64,000 nt of DNA from Polyangiaceae bacterium (GTDB lineage: Bacteria > Myxococcota_A > Polyangia > Polyangiales > Polyangiaceae), in contig CBDCTZ010000014.1 in the NCBI GenBank assembly GCA_965222375.1, forward strand, positions 64,001-128,000. Reading direction: 5' to 3'. Shown here one piece after another: positions 38,463 to 48,433 of this stretch (positions are counted from its first letter, which is position 1; every line of letters begins with the position of its first letter). The notes under the pieces were generated by a model, which saw nothing but the letters and a program-made list of their open reading frames with translations, had not been told where the DNA came from and made no database searches. The position numbers and the translations under genes were made by a program.

Positions 38463-38627
38463 TTTGCCTCGCCTGTTTGCGCTGACGAGCGCAACGAAGG
38501 GTGTGGGTGCCAGAGCTGCCGCCGCTAGCCTAGTTTCGAGTAGCCCCAACCGGGTGGAGGCGCAAGCGCTGCTGAAATTTTCGCAGGGGCTTTCCAAGGA
38601 TCGGGGTCGGAGCTACGTTTCAGTATC

Positions 38628-39191
38628 GTGGGCAGGCCTTCTCGACCTCCGGGCTTCGACATGACCTATCGGCCGACCGAGACGGTGTTCGGACCGCCTT
38701 GGCCTGCCAAGATCCCGTCGGCCTTGTACGTGATCATCGCGGTTGCCGTCGTCGTAGTGGTCGTGGTGGCTGAAATGTCGCCGAGTAGCTCTGCACTCTA
38801 TGTCTACGTGGTCGAGAAAGACGTTCACCGCATACTCGGTGCCCGTACTTTGGCGGCCATCGTTTGCCTGAGTGCTCTCGCCGCTGTGTTTCGCACCGGC
38901 ATGCGTGGCGTTCGGGTGCGCGGTGACAGCGTCGAGTATCGCGACGTTCTCAGTTTCGGCTGGCCGCGGGTGCGACGCTACCGCTGGGCGCAGATCGACT
39001 GCGTCGTGTTGGACCAGCCGCAAAGCATCGCCTTGGACCTATGGGACGGCTCCCGCACCTTCTTGCCTCACGTGGGTGACCGAGAGGGGCTCGCGAAGGT
39101 GCTCGAAACTGTGGCGACGGCGCGAGCCATCCCGGTGCGTGGCGGCAGCGGCATCGACGAGATCCCCGAGTCCGGGGAATTCGACGACTGA
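38628..39191 (+). CDS. Membrane protein with PH-like domain
   Basis: Two TM segments followed by RYRWAQID, a bacterial PH-like motif. Confidence 0.7.
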   Translation: MGRPSRPPGFDMTYRPTETVFGPPWPAKIPSALYVIIAVAVVVVVVVAEMSPSSSALYVYVVEKDVHRILGARTLAAIVCLSALAAVFRTGMRGVRVRGDSVEYRDVLSFGWPRVRRYRWAQIDCVVLDQPQSIALDLWDGSRTFLPHVGDREGLAKVLETVATARAIPVRGGSGIDEIPESGEFDD

Positions 39192-39195
39192 GCGG

Positions 39196-40083
39196 CTAGA
39201 GCGCGCCGTCGAGGAAGTTGGCGACTTCCGCGATGGACTCGGGTCGAACGTCAAACATCACTGTGCCGTGGTCGCCGGGATCGTACTCGGAGAACTTCCA
39301 GGTCGAGGGGGCGCCGGCTTCGAATCCCTTGCTCCAAGCACTCTCCGCCTTGGAGTAGACGAAATGCATGCTCAAGGGGTCGAGTAGGGGCCGGTGGCTC
39401 GAAATCGTGTTTTGGTTTTCCGTGTATGCGCCGCCCGTGAGGAAGACCAGAGCCTTCGGCGTTTCGTAGGCTGCGTCCGCGCCGGCGAAGACGGTGAAAT
39501 CCAAGGCCGTCGTGGTGCCGTTGGAAGCGCCGACGAGGGCGATGCGCGTCTTGTCGATGGCGCACTCATGCTGAAGCAAGAAGTCGACTGCGGCCTTGGC
39601 ATCGAGTTTGCCGTTGGGCCCCTGGTAGGCCTCGGTCGCTACGCCCTGGGAATCCCCAGCACCGCGTCGGTCGACGTTGAGGACGTGAATGCCCTTTGCG
39701 GTCAGAGCACTGATGAAACTGGGCTTGTAGTTGGTCCGGTTGTTCGATGGCGGAATCATGTGCAGCAAGATTGCTGCCCGACCGCCCTTTACGGAACTGC
39801 TGTGGAAGTCTGCCGCCAGATTCACGCCGTCGTCGGTCGCGAACCCGACGACGCTGCTTCCGCCCGCGCACGTGCTACCCGCGTCCGAGCCCGCGCTTCC
39901 GCCGGTCGCGCCTGCGCTACCACCACTGGCACCGGCTCCGCCGGCTGCACCTCCGCTGCCGCCGGAGCTTGCGCCGCCTGTTGCCGGGGAGCCCGTCGAA
40001 TCCGACTCCGAGCAGGCAACGCCGGTCGCTGCTGTGACAACAGCGCTGAAGCATGCCAGTGCGTGGGGGAATATTCGTTTCAT
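39196..40083 (-). CDS. Alpha/beta hydrolase lipoprotein
   Basis: GVAC lipobox, Gly linker, DRRGAG, GASNG nucleophile elbow, DHG. Confidence 0.85.
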   Translation of the reverse strand: MKRIFPHALACFSAVVTAATGVACSESDSTGSPATGGASSGGSGGAAGGAGASGGSAGATGGSAGSDAGSTCAGGSSVVGFATDDGVNLAADFHSSSVKGGRAAILLHMIPPSNNRTNYKPSFISALTAKGIHVLNVDRRGAGDSQGVATEAYQGPNGKLDAKAAVDFLLQHECAIDKTRIALVGASNGTTTALDFTVFAGADAAYETPKALVFLTGGAYTENQNTISSHRPLLDPLSMHFVYSKAESAWSKGFEAGAPSTWKFSEYDPGDHGTVMFDVRPESIAEVANFLDGAL

Positions 40084-40135
40084 GGCCGTTAGGATACGCG
40101 GATTCGACTCGCGGGTTTCACGCTAACCTTTCGGG

Positions 40136-40966
40136 GTGCCAGGCCCGACCCCGATCACCGAGATTACCGAGGGAATCGTGTCCATCGAGGGCGTCGTCAA
40201 GAGGGCCGACGCACCTCTGCTCGAGGCGCCCGCGAGCGGACGGCAGTGTGTTGCTTACGTCGTGACGTCTGGAGTGCTGACGGGTGCTTTGACGCAAGGG
40301 GCTCAACCCTTCTTCGTGAAAGACGAAACCGGCGAAGTGCTCGTCGTGCCGGACCGCTTCACCGCACGCTTGGGTGGCCGCGAGCGGCACGCGAACTTGG
40401 ATGTCGTCGACGCGGATGCAAAAACAGTGAGCGATGAGTTGGCCGGGCTTCGAGAGCAGCTCTCGGGGAACCGCGATCCCGATATGGTTCGGCGTCGCCG
40501 CACGCTCCGCAAGCTGTACACGCTGCTGTGCGCCATCCGCGCTCATGCGCGTGGGAATTGCCATGTGGGCAAGTCTCTGGAGGGGCAAGAAAGGTACATC
40601 GCGAGGAACACGGAGTTGTTCAAGAGTGAACACGCTCCCCAGAAACTGATGACGCTCAAGGTCACCCGAGAAGAAACCGTGTTGACAGTGGGGCAGCGCG
40701 CGCGGGTCACAGGGCTCGCGGACCGTCGCGCTCACGCGCTTGCGACGGGTGCCGGCTATCGAGAGCGTTCCACCATGCTGGTTGTCTTGGCGCCTGAAGA
40801 CGAGCCGCTGCTGCTCGTTGGCGAGGGTGCCGAGGAGGTCGAAGCCGAGCGGCTACAGGAGCACAACGCCGTGGTGACGCCGAAGCAGGACCCGGTTCGG
40901 TGGCAGATTGCGGTCTTCTTGATGTTCCTGATCGTGATTGTGCTTGGGTTGCTCTTCAAGCGGTAG
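40136..40966 (+). CDS. GIDE-like domain protein with C-terminal membrane anchor
   Basis: LEAPASGRQCVAY, FFVKDETGEVLV, REETVLTVGQ..VTG; hydrophobic C-terminus. Confidence 0.68.
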   Translation: MPGPTPITEITEGIVSIEGVVKRADAPLLEAPASGRQCVAYVVTSGVLTGALTQGAQPFFVKDETGEVLVVPDRFTARLGGRERHANLDVVDADAKTVSDELAGLREQLSGNRDPDMVRRRRTLRKLYTLLCAIRAHARGNCHVGKSLEGQERYIARNTELFKSEHAPQKLMTLKVTREETVLTVGQRARVTGLADRRAHALATGAGYRERSTMLVVLAPEDEPLLLVGEGAEEVEAERLQEHNAVVTPKQDPVRWQIAVFLMFLIVIVLGLLFKR

Positions 40967-40979
40967 CGCGAAGGTGGGG

Positions 40980-41906
40980 TCAGCTGTCCAGGGCGTCTGC
41001 CGCTTGAAACAGCCGTTGCATGAGCTGCTCCGAGGGTGGGTCACCGTAGGGCGCAGCCGCACTCGCCTGCGGACGCTTGGCGAACCAGGCGCGCACCCGC
41101 GACAAGACGCCGGGATCGCGGGATCCGCCAGCTTGGCTTTGCGGTGCGCTCTGTGCGCTGCGTTCAGGTGCTCCGAACGCGGCGGGGGCGTTCTGCGCTG
41201 GTGGTGCTGGCGCGCCCGCCGGCGGTGGAGCCGGCGCGCCCGCTGGTGCGCCCAGGGGCTGCGGCGCGGCGCGGCCACGAGGGGCCATGGCCGGTGCGGG
41301 TGTCATCGGCGCGGCGGCGCTGCCCGCGGCGACCATATCCAGTGAGCCCTCTCTCGCTTCCAGCACGGTACGCATGCGCGCGAGCGCCCGGGACAGACGC
41401 ATGCGAACCGTGCCTTCTCGCACGCCGAATACGTTGGCGAGTTCCGCGAAACTGAGTTCATGGCATACGCGCAGCACGACCAGTGAGCGCTCGCGTTCCG
41501 AGAGGGCATCCAGCGCGGCCAAGGTCTGGTGCTTGTTCAGCACGGCTTCCGCAGGCAAGACTTGCTCGGGCACGTCGAAATCCTCTTCCGCCTCGCTCCA
41601 ATCCAGATCCTCAATCGGCGTTCGGTTTTGCTGGCGCAAGTAGTCGAGGCAGCCATTGCGCGCGATAGCCAGAACCCAGGTGCGCGGGCTGGCCTCGCGT
41701 CTAAAGCCACCCAGGCCGCGAAACGCACGACTGAACGTTTCCTGCGCCAGATCCTCCGCGGCATGTCGCTCCCGCAGCATGGCCCGGCACAAGCCAACCA
41801 CGTCACCTGCGTAACGCTGGACGAGAACGGTGCCAGCACCGCGGAGATCTCCGCGGTCCAATAGGCCGCATAGCTCGAGATCTGCCGGGGTGAGGGTTGC
41901 GTCCAT
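40980..41906 (-). CDS. ECF sigma factor with Pro/Ala-rich C-terminal extension
   Basis: AEDLAQETF...WVLAIARN (sigma2), LSFAELA...GTVRMRLSRA (sigma4). Start 41906 or 41915. Confidence 0.9.
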   Translation of the reverse strand: MDATLTPADLELCGLLDRGDLRGAGTVLVQRYAGDVVGLCRAMLRERHAAEDLAQETFSRAFRGLGGFRREASPRTWVLAIARNGCLDYLRQQNRTPIEDLDWSEAEEDFDVPEQVLPAEAVLNKHQTLAALDALSERERSLVVLRVCHELSFAELANVFGVREGTVRMRLSRALARMRTVLEAREGSLDMVAAGSAAAPMTPAPAMAPRGRAAPQPLGAPAGAPAPPPAGAPAPPAQNAPAAFGAPERSAQSAPQSQAGGSRDPGVLSRVRAWFAKRPQASAAAPYGDPPSEQLMQRLFQAADALDS

Positions 41907-42087
41907 GGCTTTCACAGCATGGACGCTTCAGCCTGCGTTTTGTCACCACGGCGGCAGCATTTTGTCGAATCCCCCAAAGATAACGGCCGGTTGCAGATCG
42001 AGAATTCTCTAGCCGTGACACCCACAGGTGGGCCCTCGTCCGATTCATGAGCGCGCAAGACCAATCCGCGCAGCAAGGAGCAAGAGC

Positions 42088-43137
42088 ATGAGCTTGGACG
42101 TCAAAGTAGAAAACAACCGTCTGGTGGTGGGCAATCATCTGACCCTCACGTTTCAGCGGACGCTGCGCATTCCGGACGACGGAAACACGTACCCGTTGCC
42201 CCCCGGGCTGGGCGCATTCCCAATTCGCCGCGTCGACGACTATGCCGATCGTGTTCCCCCAGAGTGGACGTGCCGCGGCGGAGTGCTCATCCCCATGTAC
42301 CAACGTGAGGCCATGTGGCTGAACTTCAGCGCGGGCCTGCCGCACGCGGTGAAGGTTGGAGTGGGCAAAGTGTGCGCTCTTACTGGCCAGCGTTGGACTG
42401 AGCGGCTGCGGCGCAAACCTCAGAATTACATCGTGGCACCGAACCAACCGTGGCTCGATGGCATCTGTGCTGCGCGCGGACGCATTCGACAGTTCGTCGC
42501 CATGCCTTTGGGGCAGGGCTACACCGTCGAGGGTCAGGTCACTGGTGAGGAACGCTTCGGCGGTGTGCAGCTCAAGGTTTTCGCGCCAAAGCCCGGTCGG
42601 CTGGTGCCTCCGCCTTCGAGGTCGAGGTGCGTCACGTCGGGTTTTTCGGAGGGGATGGCGTCCTTTGGGGCGGGTGCTCCGATGGCGCAAGCCATGCCGG
42701 CTCCGGGTTGTGCGCCTGCTCCCTGCGGGCGCTCGGCGGTCGCGGCCGACATGGGACTTGGCGCAGGCGGCCGCATGAAGCAGAAGATCTATCCAGATCC
42801 CCACGGCCTGCAGACTTGGGACGAGCAAAACACCGCGCGTTTGTTCGTACACATCGTGAACAGCCAGACCTGGCGGGAAATCACGGGAGAATCACCACCT
42901 CAGAGTCCGGTCACCGCCAAGGAGTACGAGCGACACGGCCTGCCTTGGTTCGACCTCTATGACGACCACAGCAGCACGCTCAAGCCTTCGCGTGCGCTGA
43001 AAGGCGTCAAGAGTGTCACCGAACTCGACGCCGAGCGCTTTGCGTCGCCGCAAATGGATGACGAACCCGTTTCAACAGGTGCCGTCCAGAAGCTCTGGCA
43101 CGCAGCCAAAGGTTTCGTGCGGGACGGCCAATGGTAG
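42088..43137 (+). CDS. Conserved hypothetical protein (RTLRIPDD / PMYQREAMW / QPWLDG family)
   Basis: AAGGAG RBS; conserved-looking blocks FQRTLRIPDD, PMYQREAMW, QPWLDG, RQFVAMPLG, MGLGAGG. Confidence 0.8.
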   Translation: MSLDVKVENNRLVVGNHLTLTFQRTLRIPDDGNTYPLPPGLGAFPIRRVDDYADRVPPEWTCRGGVLIPMYQREAMWLNFSAGLPHAVKVGVGKVCALTGQRWTERLRRKPQNYIVAPNQPWLDGICAARGRIRQFVAMPLGQGYTVEGQVTGEERFGGVQLKVFAPKPGRLVPPPSRSRCVTSGFSEGMASFGAGAPMAQAMPAPGCAPAPCGRSAVAADMGLGAGGRMKQKIYPDPHGLQTWDEQNTARLFVHIVNSQTWREITGESPPQSPVTAKEYERHGLPWFDLYDDHSSTLKPSRALKGVKSVTELDAERFASPQMDDEPVSTGAVQKLWHAAKGFVRDGQW

Positions 43138-43144
43138 CTGGCGC

Positions 43145-43813
43145 CTACCCGCTGTCAGGGCTGCGCGAGAAGTTCGAGCCTAGGATCGGTGTCGAGCTGC
43201 GGCCATCCGTGCCGGGGTCCACCATAGGGAATCGCTCGGCCCAGGGAAATGGGCCGCGACGCAGCAGCAACTCGAAGCCGCGGAACACGATGTCGTCGAG
43301 GTTTGCCGCGACGCTCGAGACTCCACGACGATCAACGATACGCAGCCGAGTACTGCCGTCTTCACCCTGGGCGAAGCGGCATCCAGGTATGGTCACGAGT
43401 CGTGGGTTGCGTTCCGGATGGGGCCAACTGCGTTGAGTGCGGACCAAAAAGTGCAGGGTTGGCAGGCGCCCCGGCGTGGTGTGCGTGTACAACACGATTT
43501 CGCTGTCGCGGCAGCGCAAGTGCAGGCTCCCGACTTCTGCACTTGGAAACTCGTCCGAGTCCTTGCCGTCGCGAAGGGCGGACCAATCGGGGCCAGAGAC
43601 TTCCACCTCGATACCAGCGCGGGTTTTGAGATCTGCCGCCCGAGTCTTGGCGATCTTCGTGGCGCTGCTGAGCACTTCACGACACGCCTTGCGGCTCCAG
43701 CGAAAGAGTTCCGCGCGGCTTTGGCTCGCGAGTTTGGCGCGCCGCTCGGCCTCGATGCGGTCGGCCTCGGCAGCCGTGACCTCCACATACAGCTCTTCCC
43801 AGCGGTCACTCAC
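43145..43813 (-). CDS. Hypothetical protein
   Basis: ORF fills the gap downstream of apbE in the same orientation; no recognisable motif. Confidence 0.55.
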   Translation of the reverse strand: MSDRWEELYVEVTAAEADRIEAERRAKLASQSRAELFRWSRKACREVLSSATKIAKTRAADLKTRAGIEVEVSGPDWSALRDGKDSDEFPSAEVGSLHLRCRDSEIVLYTHTTPGRLPTLHFLVRTQRSWPHPERNPRLVTIPGCRFAQGEDGSTRLRIVDRRGVSSVAANLDDIVFRGFELLLRRGPFPWAERFPMVDPGTDGRSSTPILGSNFSRSPDSG

Positions 43814-43856
43814 ACCCTGTCGTACGCTCGCAGCCCCAGGAACATGCCCGATCTGG

Positions 43857-44981
43857 CTAAATTCCGTCGCTGGGTTGGCGCGTGACTCGCACCTTTCCCT
43901 TCAGAAGCTTGCTGATGTGCACGCGATTCTTGTCGTCCACGACGACAGCACCCACCCCATCGAGCTCCTCGACCAGCTTCAGCCCGATTTCTGGCCCCAA
44001 GATGAATACGGCGTCGTCTACGGCGTCCGCCGTGAGCGCGTCCTTGGCGTAGACCGTCACGCTACGACACGCGGTTGCCGGGAAGCCTGTGCGTGGGTCG
44101 AGGATGTGGTGAAAACGCTTTCCGTCCTTGATGAACGCGCGGGCGTAGTCTCCTGCCGTCGAGAATGCTCGGTCTTCTAGTTGGAGGGTTGCGAAGAAAT
44201 CGTTCGCTTTCCCTCGCGGATCCCGGATGCCACTGACCCAGGGCGAACCGTCCGCCTTCTTGCCGGCGCCATAGAGGTCGCCCCCAGCCTGCACCAAGAA
44301 CGCCTGTACGCCGTTCTTGCGCAGCACCGCCACCGCTGCATCCACCACGAAGCCCTTTGCGATGCCGCCGAGGTCGACCCGCTGCCCGGTGCCGAGCGCG
44401 ACTTGGCTTTCCTTGGGCTTGAGCTGGATCTTCTTGTAGTCGACCCGCGCCAGGAGGGGCGCCAGCTCTGCCTTGTTGGGAATGCGTGGATCGTCAACCT
44501 TCGCATCCCCGAACTTCCAAACCTCGGACAGGGGCGAGAAGGTGATGTCAAAGGTGCCTTGGGAGAACTTGCCGGCCCATAGGCTGCGTTCGATGACTTG
44601 GAAGGTCTCCGGGCTGACCTTGACGAAGCTCCCGGCCTTTCGGTTGAGCTCCGCAACCTCACTGTCATCCCGCCATGACGTCATCAGGCTCTCGAGCCTG
44701 CGGATTTCGGTCATGCTGCGCTTGATGGCTTGACGGGTTGCCGCTTCATCAGCAGTCGCCGACGAGTAAGCGACAATGCGCACCTCCGTGCCCATGGCAG
44801 CTTCGCGCACGTCCACCTTCACGGCGGCCTTGGCGGGTGCGGTCGACGGTGCCGCTTTCGCAGTGCTCACACTTGGCCGCGCCGTGGGTTCTTCGGCCTT
44901 GTCACAACCCAGGAGGATGAGTCCGAGGCATGCTGGCATCACTCGTCGGAGGGTGGTTTTAGCTCGCCGCACGCGCTGCAT
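43857..44981 (-). CDS. apbE: FAD:protein FMN transferase (ApbE) lipoprotein
   Basis: LLGC lipobox, AMGT, FDIT, DLGGIAKG, GIRDPR, HHILDPRTG. Start uncertain. Confidence 0.9.
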   Translation of the reverse strand: MQRVRRAKTTLRRVMPACLGLILLGCDKAEEPTARPSVSTAKAAPSTAPAKAAVKVDVREAAMGTEVRIVAYSSATADEAATRQAIKRSMTEIRRLESLMTSWRDDSEVAELNRKAGSFVKVSPETFQVIERSLWAGKFSQGTFDITFSPLSEVWKFGDAKVDDPRIPNKAELAPLLARVDYKKIQLKPKESQVALGTGQRVDLGGIAKGFVVDAAVAVLRKNGVQAFLVQAGGDLYGAGKKADGSPWVSGIRDPRGKANDFFATLQLEDRAFSTAGDYARAFIKDGKRFHHILDPRTGFPATACRSVTVYAKDALTADAVDDAVFILGPEIGLKLVEELDGVGAVVVDDKNRVHISKLLKGKVRVTRQPSDGI

Positions 44982-45045
44982 GGTACCCGCCGGCGCCTCG
45001 ATTGCATCATGAAAGCTCACTCAGCTCGCGCTATGCTGCCGCGAG

Positions 45046-46221
45046 ATGACCCTGACCTCTGAAGCCCTCGACCGCGCCGTGGATAGCCATCGCGACGCGA
45101 TTATCGAACTCGCGACGCGAATTCATGACCACCCGGAGCTGCGCTACGAGGAGCACCGAGCGTGCGCCTGGATGGGGGAGCTCTTGGAAGCGAAGGCGGC
45201 CATCGAGGTGGAGCGCAAGCTCGGTGGAGTGGAGACAGCCTTTCGTGCGCGGGTCGGCAGCGGCGGACCTCGTATCGCGATTCTCGCCGAATACGATGCG
45301 TTGCCGGAGATTGGACACGCGTGCGGGCACAACCTGATCGCTGGCGGCGCCGCCGGCGCGTTTTTGGCTTTGGCCGATCACGCGAAGGAACTCGGTGGGA
45401 CGGTGGAGATCATCGGTACGCCGGCTGAGGAAGGCGGCGCCGGAAAAGTGAAGCTGATCGAGGCCGGCGTCTTCGAAGGGGTGGATGTTGCGATGATGTA
45501 TCATCCCTTCGATCGCGATTTGCTGGTGCATCCGGCTCTCGCCAGTCTGTGGCTGACCATGGCGTATTCTGGAATGCCGTCCCATGCCGCCATGGCTCCT
45601 TTCGATGGCGCAAGTGCATTGACGGCCTGCCTGCAGACCTTTCAGCTGGTGGATTCGCAGCGGGTTCACTTCCGTGACGGCGTGCGGGTGCACGGTTTCG
45701 TCACGGATGGCGGGCAAGCCGTGAACATCATTCCGGAGCGAGCAGCGTGTGAGTTTTCGGTGCGTGCACGGACGAAGCAGGAACTGGATCGCGTGCGCCA
45801 GATCGTGGAGAGATGCGCCCGCGGCGCGGCGCTCGCCTGCGGTGTCGAGGTGCAAATCGAGTTGCGTACGGGGTACCGGGAGATGAAGAACAACCGAACC
45901 CTGGCGGGGGTTTTTGGTCAGGCCCTGCAAGAATTGGGGCGCGAGCCACGAGAAGTGGATCCCAGCGTAGGCGCCGGTTCGACGGATATGGGCGACGTCA
46001 GCCAACTCGTTCCGGCAATTCACCCCTATCTGGCAATCTGCGATGAGTGGGAAACGGCATGCCACCAACACCGCTTCGCCGAGTGCGCGAGGAGCACCCG
46101 CGGTTTCGAAACCATGGTGGTTGCCGCAAAGGCCCTCGCAAGATCGACCCAAGCGCTGCTGCAGCAGCCGGCACTGATCGATCAAGCCAAAGAGGAACAC
46201 CGAAAGGCAGCAAGCCCATGA
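45046..46221 (+). CDS. M20 family amidohydrolase (AbgB/ACY1L2-like)
   Basis: HPEL..EE, AEYDALP..GHACGHN, GTPAEEGG, GSTDMGDVS. Confidence 0.92.
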   Translation: MTLTSEALDRAVDSHRDAIIELATRIHDHPELRYEEHRACAWMGELLEAKAAIEVERKLGGVETAFRARVGSGGPRIAILAEYDALPEIGHACGHNLIAGGAAGAFLALADHAKELGGTVEIIGTPAEEGGAGKVKLIEAGVFEGVDVAMMYHPFDRDLLVHPALASLWLTMAYSGMPSHAAMAPFDGASALTACLQTFQLVDSQRVHFRDGVRVHGFVTDGGQAVNIIPERAACEFSVRARTKQELDRVRQIVERCARGAALACGVEVQIELRTGYREMKNNRTLAGVFGQALQELGREPREVDPSVGAGSTDMGDVSQLVPAIHPYLAICDEWETACHQHRFAECARSTRGFETMVVAAKALARSTQALLQQPALIDQAKEEHRKAASP

Positions 46222-46886
46222 TGCAGCATGAGCGGTTTTGGGGGATCTGGGTCGTGCTCTGTGCAGCCTGCGGAGGTGGCGCTCCGCCTCCTGCTACGCC
46301 CGCGCCGCCGGAACCTTCGCCGCCACCGGCCGCCGAGGAGCCCTCTGCCGCTGCGCCCGAGGAGCCCGCGGAGCCAACCGCTGAGCCCGAACCCGCACAG
46401 CCCACTGAGAAACCTAGGCAGGTCAACTATCGGATGACGCCGAAGGGCCTCGTGGTGGAGGTCATCGGTGCGCGCTTCGTGCCCAAGGTGAAACCGATCC
46501 GTGTCGGCGGCGGATGGGGCGTGCGAGTCGAGGTCGTCGGGAGCGTCGAAGATACTGCGGTCAGCGTGCTGGCACCGAAGGGCGGCGAGTTGGCCTTCGC
46601 GGGCACCATCATTCGGGCTGGAGACACGAACTCCTTTTCCGACACCCGGAAAGGCGATGACGAGCATTTCGTTTCCCCAGGGCAGAACGTGACCCTCAAA
46701 CGAGACTTCCCCGGCAAGTCCGGGGACAAACCCCTCAAGAAAGGGGACCGTCTTCAGTTGCAGGTCGGGTTGTGGGGGCTCGGCCCCGACGCCAAATCTC
46801 GGCGCCCGGTTAGAAAGCTATTTAGCGTCGCGATGGAGGTTGGCAAGAAGACTCCCCAGCCCGTGATCTCCCCGCCAAAACTTTGA
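46218..46886 (+). CDS. Pro-rich lipoprotein
   Basis: LCAAC lipobox; start overlaps the previous stop (ATGA). Confidence 0.78.
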   Translation: MMQHERFWGIWVVLCAACGGGAPPPATPAPPEPSPPPAAEEPSAAAPEEPAEPTAEPEPAQPTEKPRQVNYRMTPKGLVVEVIGARFVPKVKPIRVGGGWGVRVEVVGSVEDTAVSVLAPKGGELAFAGTIIRAGDTNSFSDTRKGDDEHFVSPGQNVTLKRDFPGKSGDKPLKKGDRLQLQVGLWGLGPDAKSRRPVRKLFSVAMEVGKKTPQPVISPPKL

Positions 46887-46890
46887 CCCA

Positions 46891-47367
46891 TCAGCATCCG
46901 CCAACGCTCAGTTCTCTGCTCTCCAAAGGCGTACGCCCGCCGCCCAGGGTATCGCTTACCGCACCCCGCAGTCGCACCGGGCCAGCGCAGAGTGAAGACT
47001 TCAGCGCGGCATCCAAGAGCGTCGAGTCATCGACGCTGAAGGGCACGACGCGCTTCTGTCCCTTGCCAAGAGAAAGCGGGAAGGTCACGCTGTCCGGGGT
47101 CGCCTGTAGAGGCGAGACGAGGGTCTCCGCGCCGCGGACCACCGCGAAGGTTTCCAGAGACACTTGGGTCGACCCGGACGCCTCTGGCCCGAGTTCGAAG
47201 AACAACTCGAATCCGCCGGTCAGTTGGGTTCCGAGGGTCTTCTGCTCCACGCTCAGATTCGCGCTCTGAACGAAGGCGGTCAAAGAGATGCTCTCCTTGC
47301 TTCCGCAAGCGGGGAGCAGCAGCAGGGCCAGGGCGAAGGTCAGGGCTCTCGTGGGCATTGTCTTCAA
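46891..47367 (-). CDS. Hypothetical lipoprotein
   Basis: LLPAC lipobox; directly abuts the upstream gene. Confidence 0.75.
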   Translation of the reverse strand: MKTMPTRALTFALALLLLPACGSKESISLTAFVQSANLSVEQKTLGTQLTGGFELFFELGPEASGSTQVSLETFAVVRGAETLVSPLQATPDSVTFPLSLGKGQKRVVPFSVDDSTLLDAALKSSLCAGPVRLRGAVSDTLGGGRTPLESRELSVGGC

Positions 47368-48300
47368 CTATGGGCCGACGGTGATGCTGAGTTTCGGCGG
47401 GCTGGCGCCCTTGGTGTTGTAGTAGCGAACACCGTTCAAACTCGTAGCAAACACGCCTAGGTAGAGGGACGCATTGGCTTGGACAGCGCTGTTGGGCAGC
47501 GTCCAGGTAACGACCTGAGACGCCGCAACGGGGCCCTGGCTGGCGGCCAGGGCCGCACCGCCCTGTTTGCTGGGAGCCGAACTAAACAGGGCGGGGCGGG
47601 TGAATGACGACACTCGCCAAATCTCGCCCGCTTGGGGGCCATCGGAACCAGCCGTGGGCGTCGCGGTCAACTCCAATTCGACTTTGGTCACGGTCTTGCC
47701 GGCGATGGCTCCATCCAGATTGAAGCGCATGAAGGAGGCGACCTCCGGAGCGGCACCGCCGTCTGGAGCTAGTTGATCGTCCGCACCATCGACGCTCATC
47801 TCACCCGAACCAGATTTCTGCTCGCAGAAATCCGGATCCGGTGCGGTCAAGGCCACACAGTCCGCTACTTCAGGTGCGTAATTGACTGTGACGGGGCCTC
47901 CGCCGGTGCCGCCACTGCCGCCACTTGCGCCTCCCGCGCCACCGCTTGCGCCTCCCGCGCCACCGCTTGCGCCAGCGCTGCCGCCGCTTGCTCCACCAGC
48001 GCCGCCACCTGCGCCAGCGCCTCCCGCGCCACCGCTTGCGCCTCCCGCGCCACCGCTTGCGCCAGCGCTGCCGCCGCTGCCGCCGCTTGCTCCACCAGCG
48101 CCGCCACCTGCGCCAGCGCTGCCACCACTGCCAGCGGTGCCACCACTCCCGCCGCCGCCAGCACTTCCGCTCTGGCCGGCGGAGGCATCGGTGGTCGTAC
48201 CGGTCGGGGCGAATTGGTCGAAGTCGTAGCTGCACGCTGTGGGCAGTGCCACGCAGAAAGCGAGGGAGGCCACAGCGAGCCTGGGGAGCGAGTATGCCAA
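47368..48300 (-). CDS. Gly-rich lipoprotein with C-terminal beta-sandwich (DNRLRE/CBM96-like) domain
   Basis: LPTAC lipobox, GGASGGAG linker, SFMRFNL...TKVELEL...PKLSITV. Confidence 0.78.
   Translation of the reverse strand: MAYSLPRLAVASLAFCVALPTACSYDFDQFAPTGTTTDASAGQSGSAGGGGSGGTAGSGGSAGAGGGAGGASGGSGGSAGASGGAGGASGGAGGAGAGGGAGGASGGSAGASGGAGGASGGAGGASGGSGGTGGGPVTVNYAPEVADCVALTAPDPDFCEQKSGSGEMSVDGADDQLAPDGGAAPEVASFMRFNLDGAIAGKTVTKVELELTATPTAGSDGPQAGEIWRVSSFTRPALFSSAPSKQGGAALAASQGPVAASQVVTWTLPNSAVQANASLYLGVFATSLNGVRYYNTKGASPPKLSITVGP
47905..48170. repeat. Tandem repeats (21-bp gccaccgcttgcgcctcccgc units) encoding a Gly/Ala/Ser linker
   Basis: Directly visible repeated units within the lipoprotein CDS. 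Confidence 0.8.
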
Positions 48301-48433
48301 GTAGGAGTAATTCTAGCCCGGGACGCCGTCGCACTCACCTACACAATCGGGCGGTTGCCCAAATTCAGCCAGAAAACTGGCGGATGCCACCAGGAAGCGG
48401 CGCTGCGCGGGTCGGCCTGTTACGCTGCCTAGG

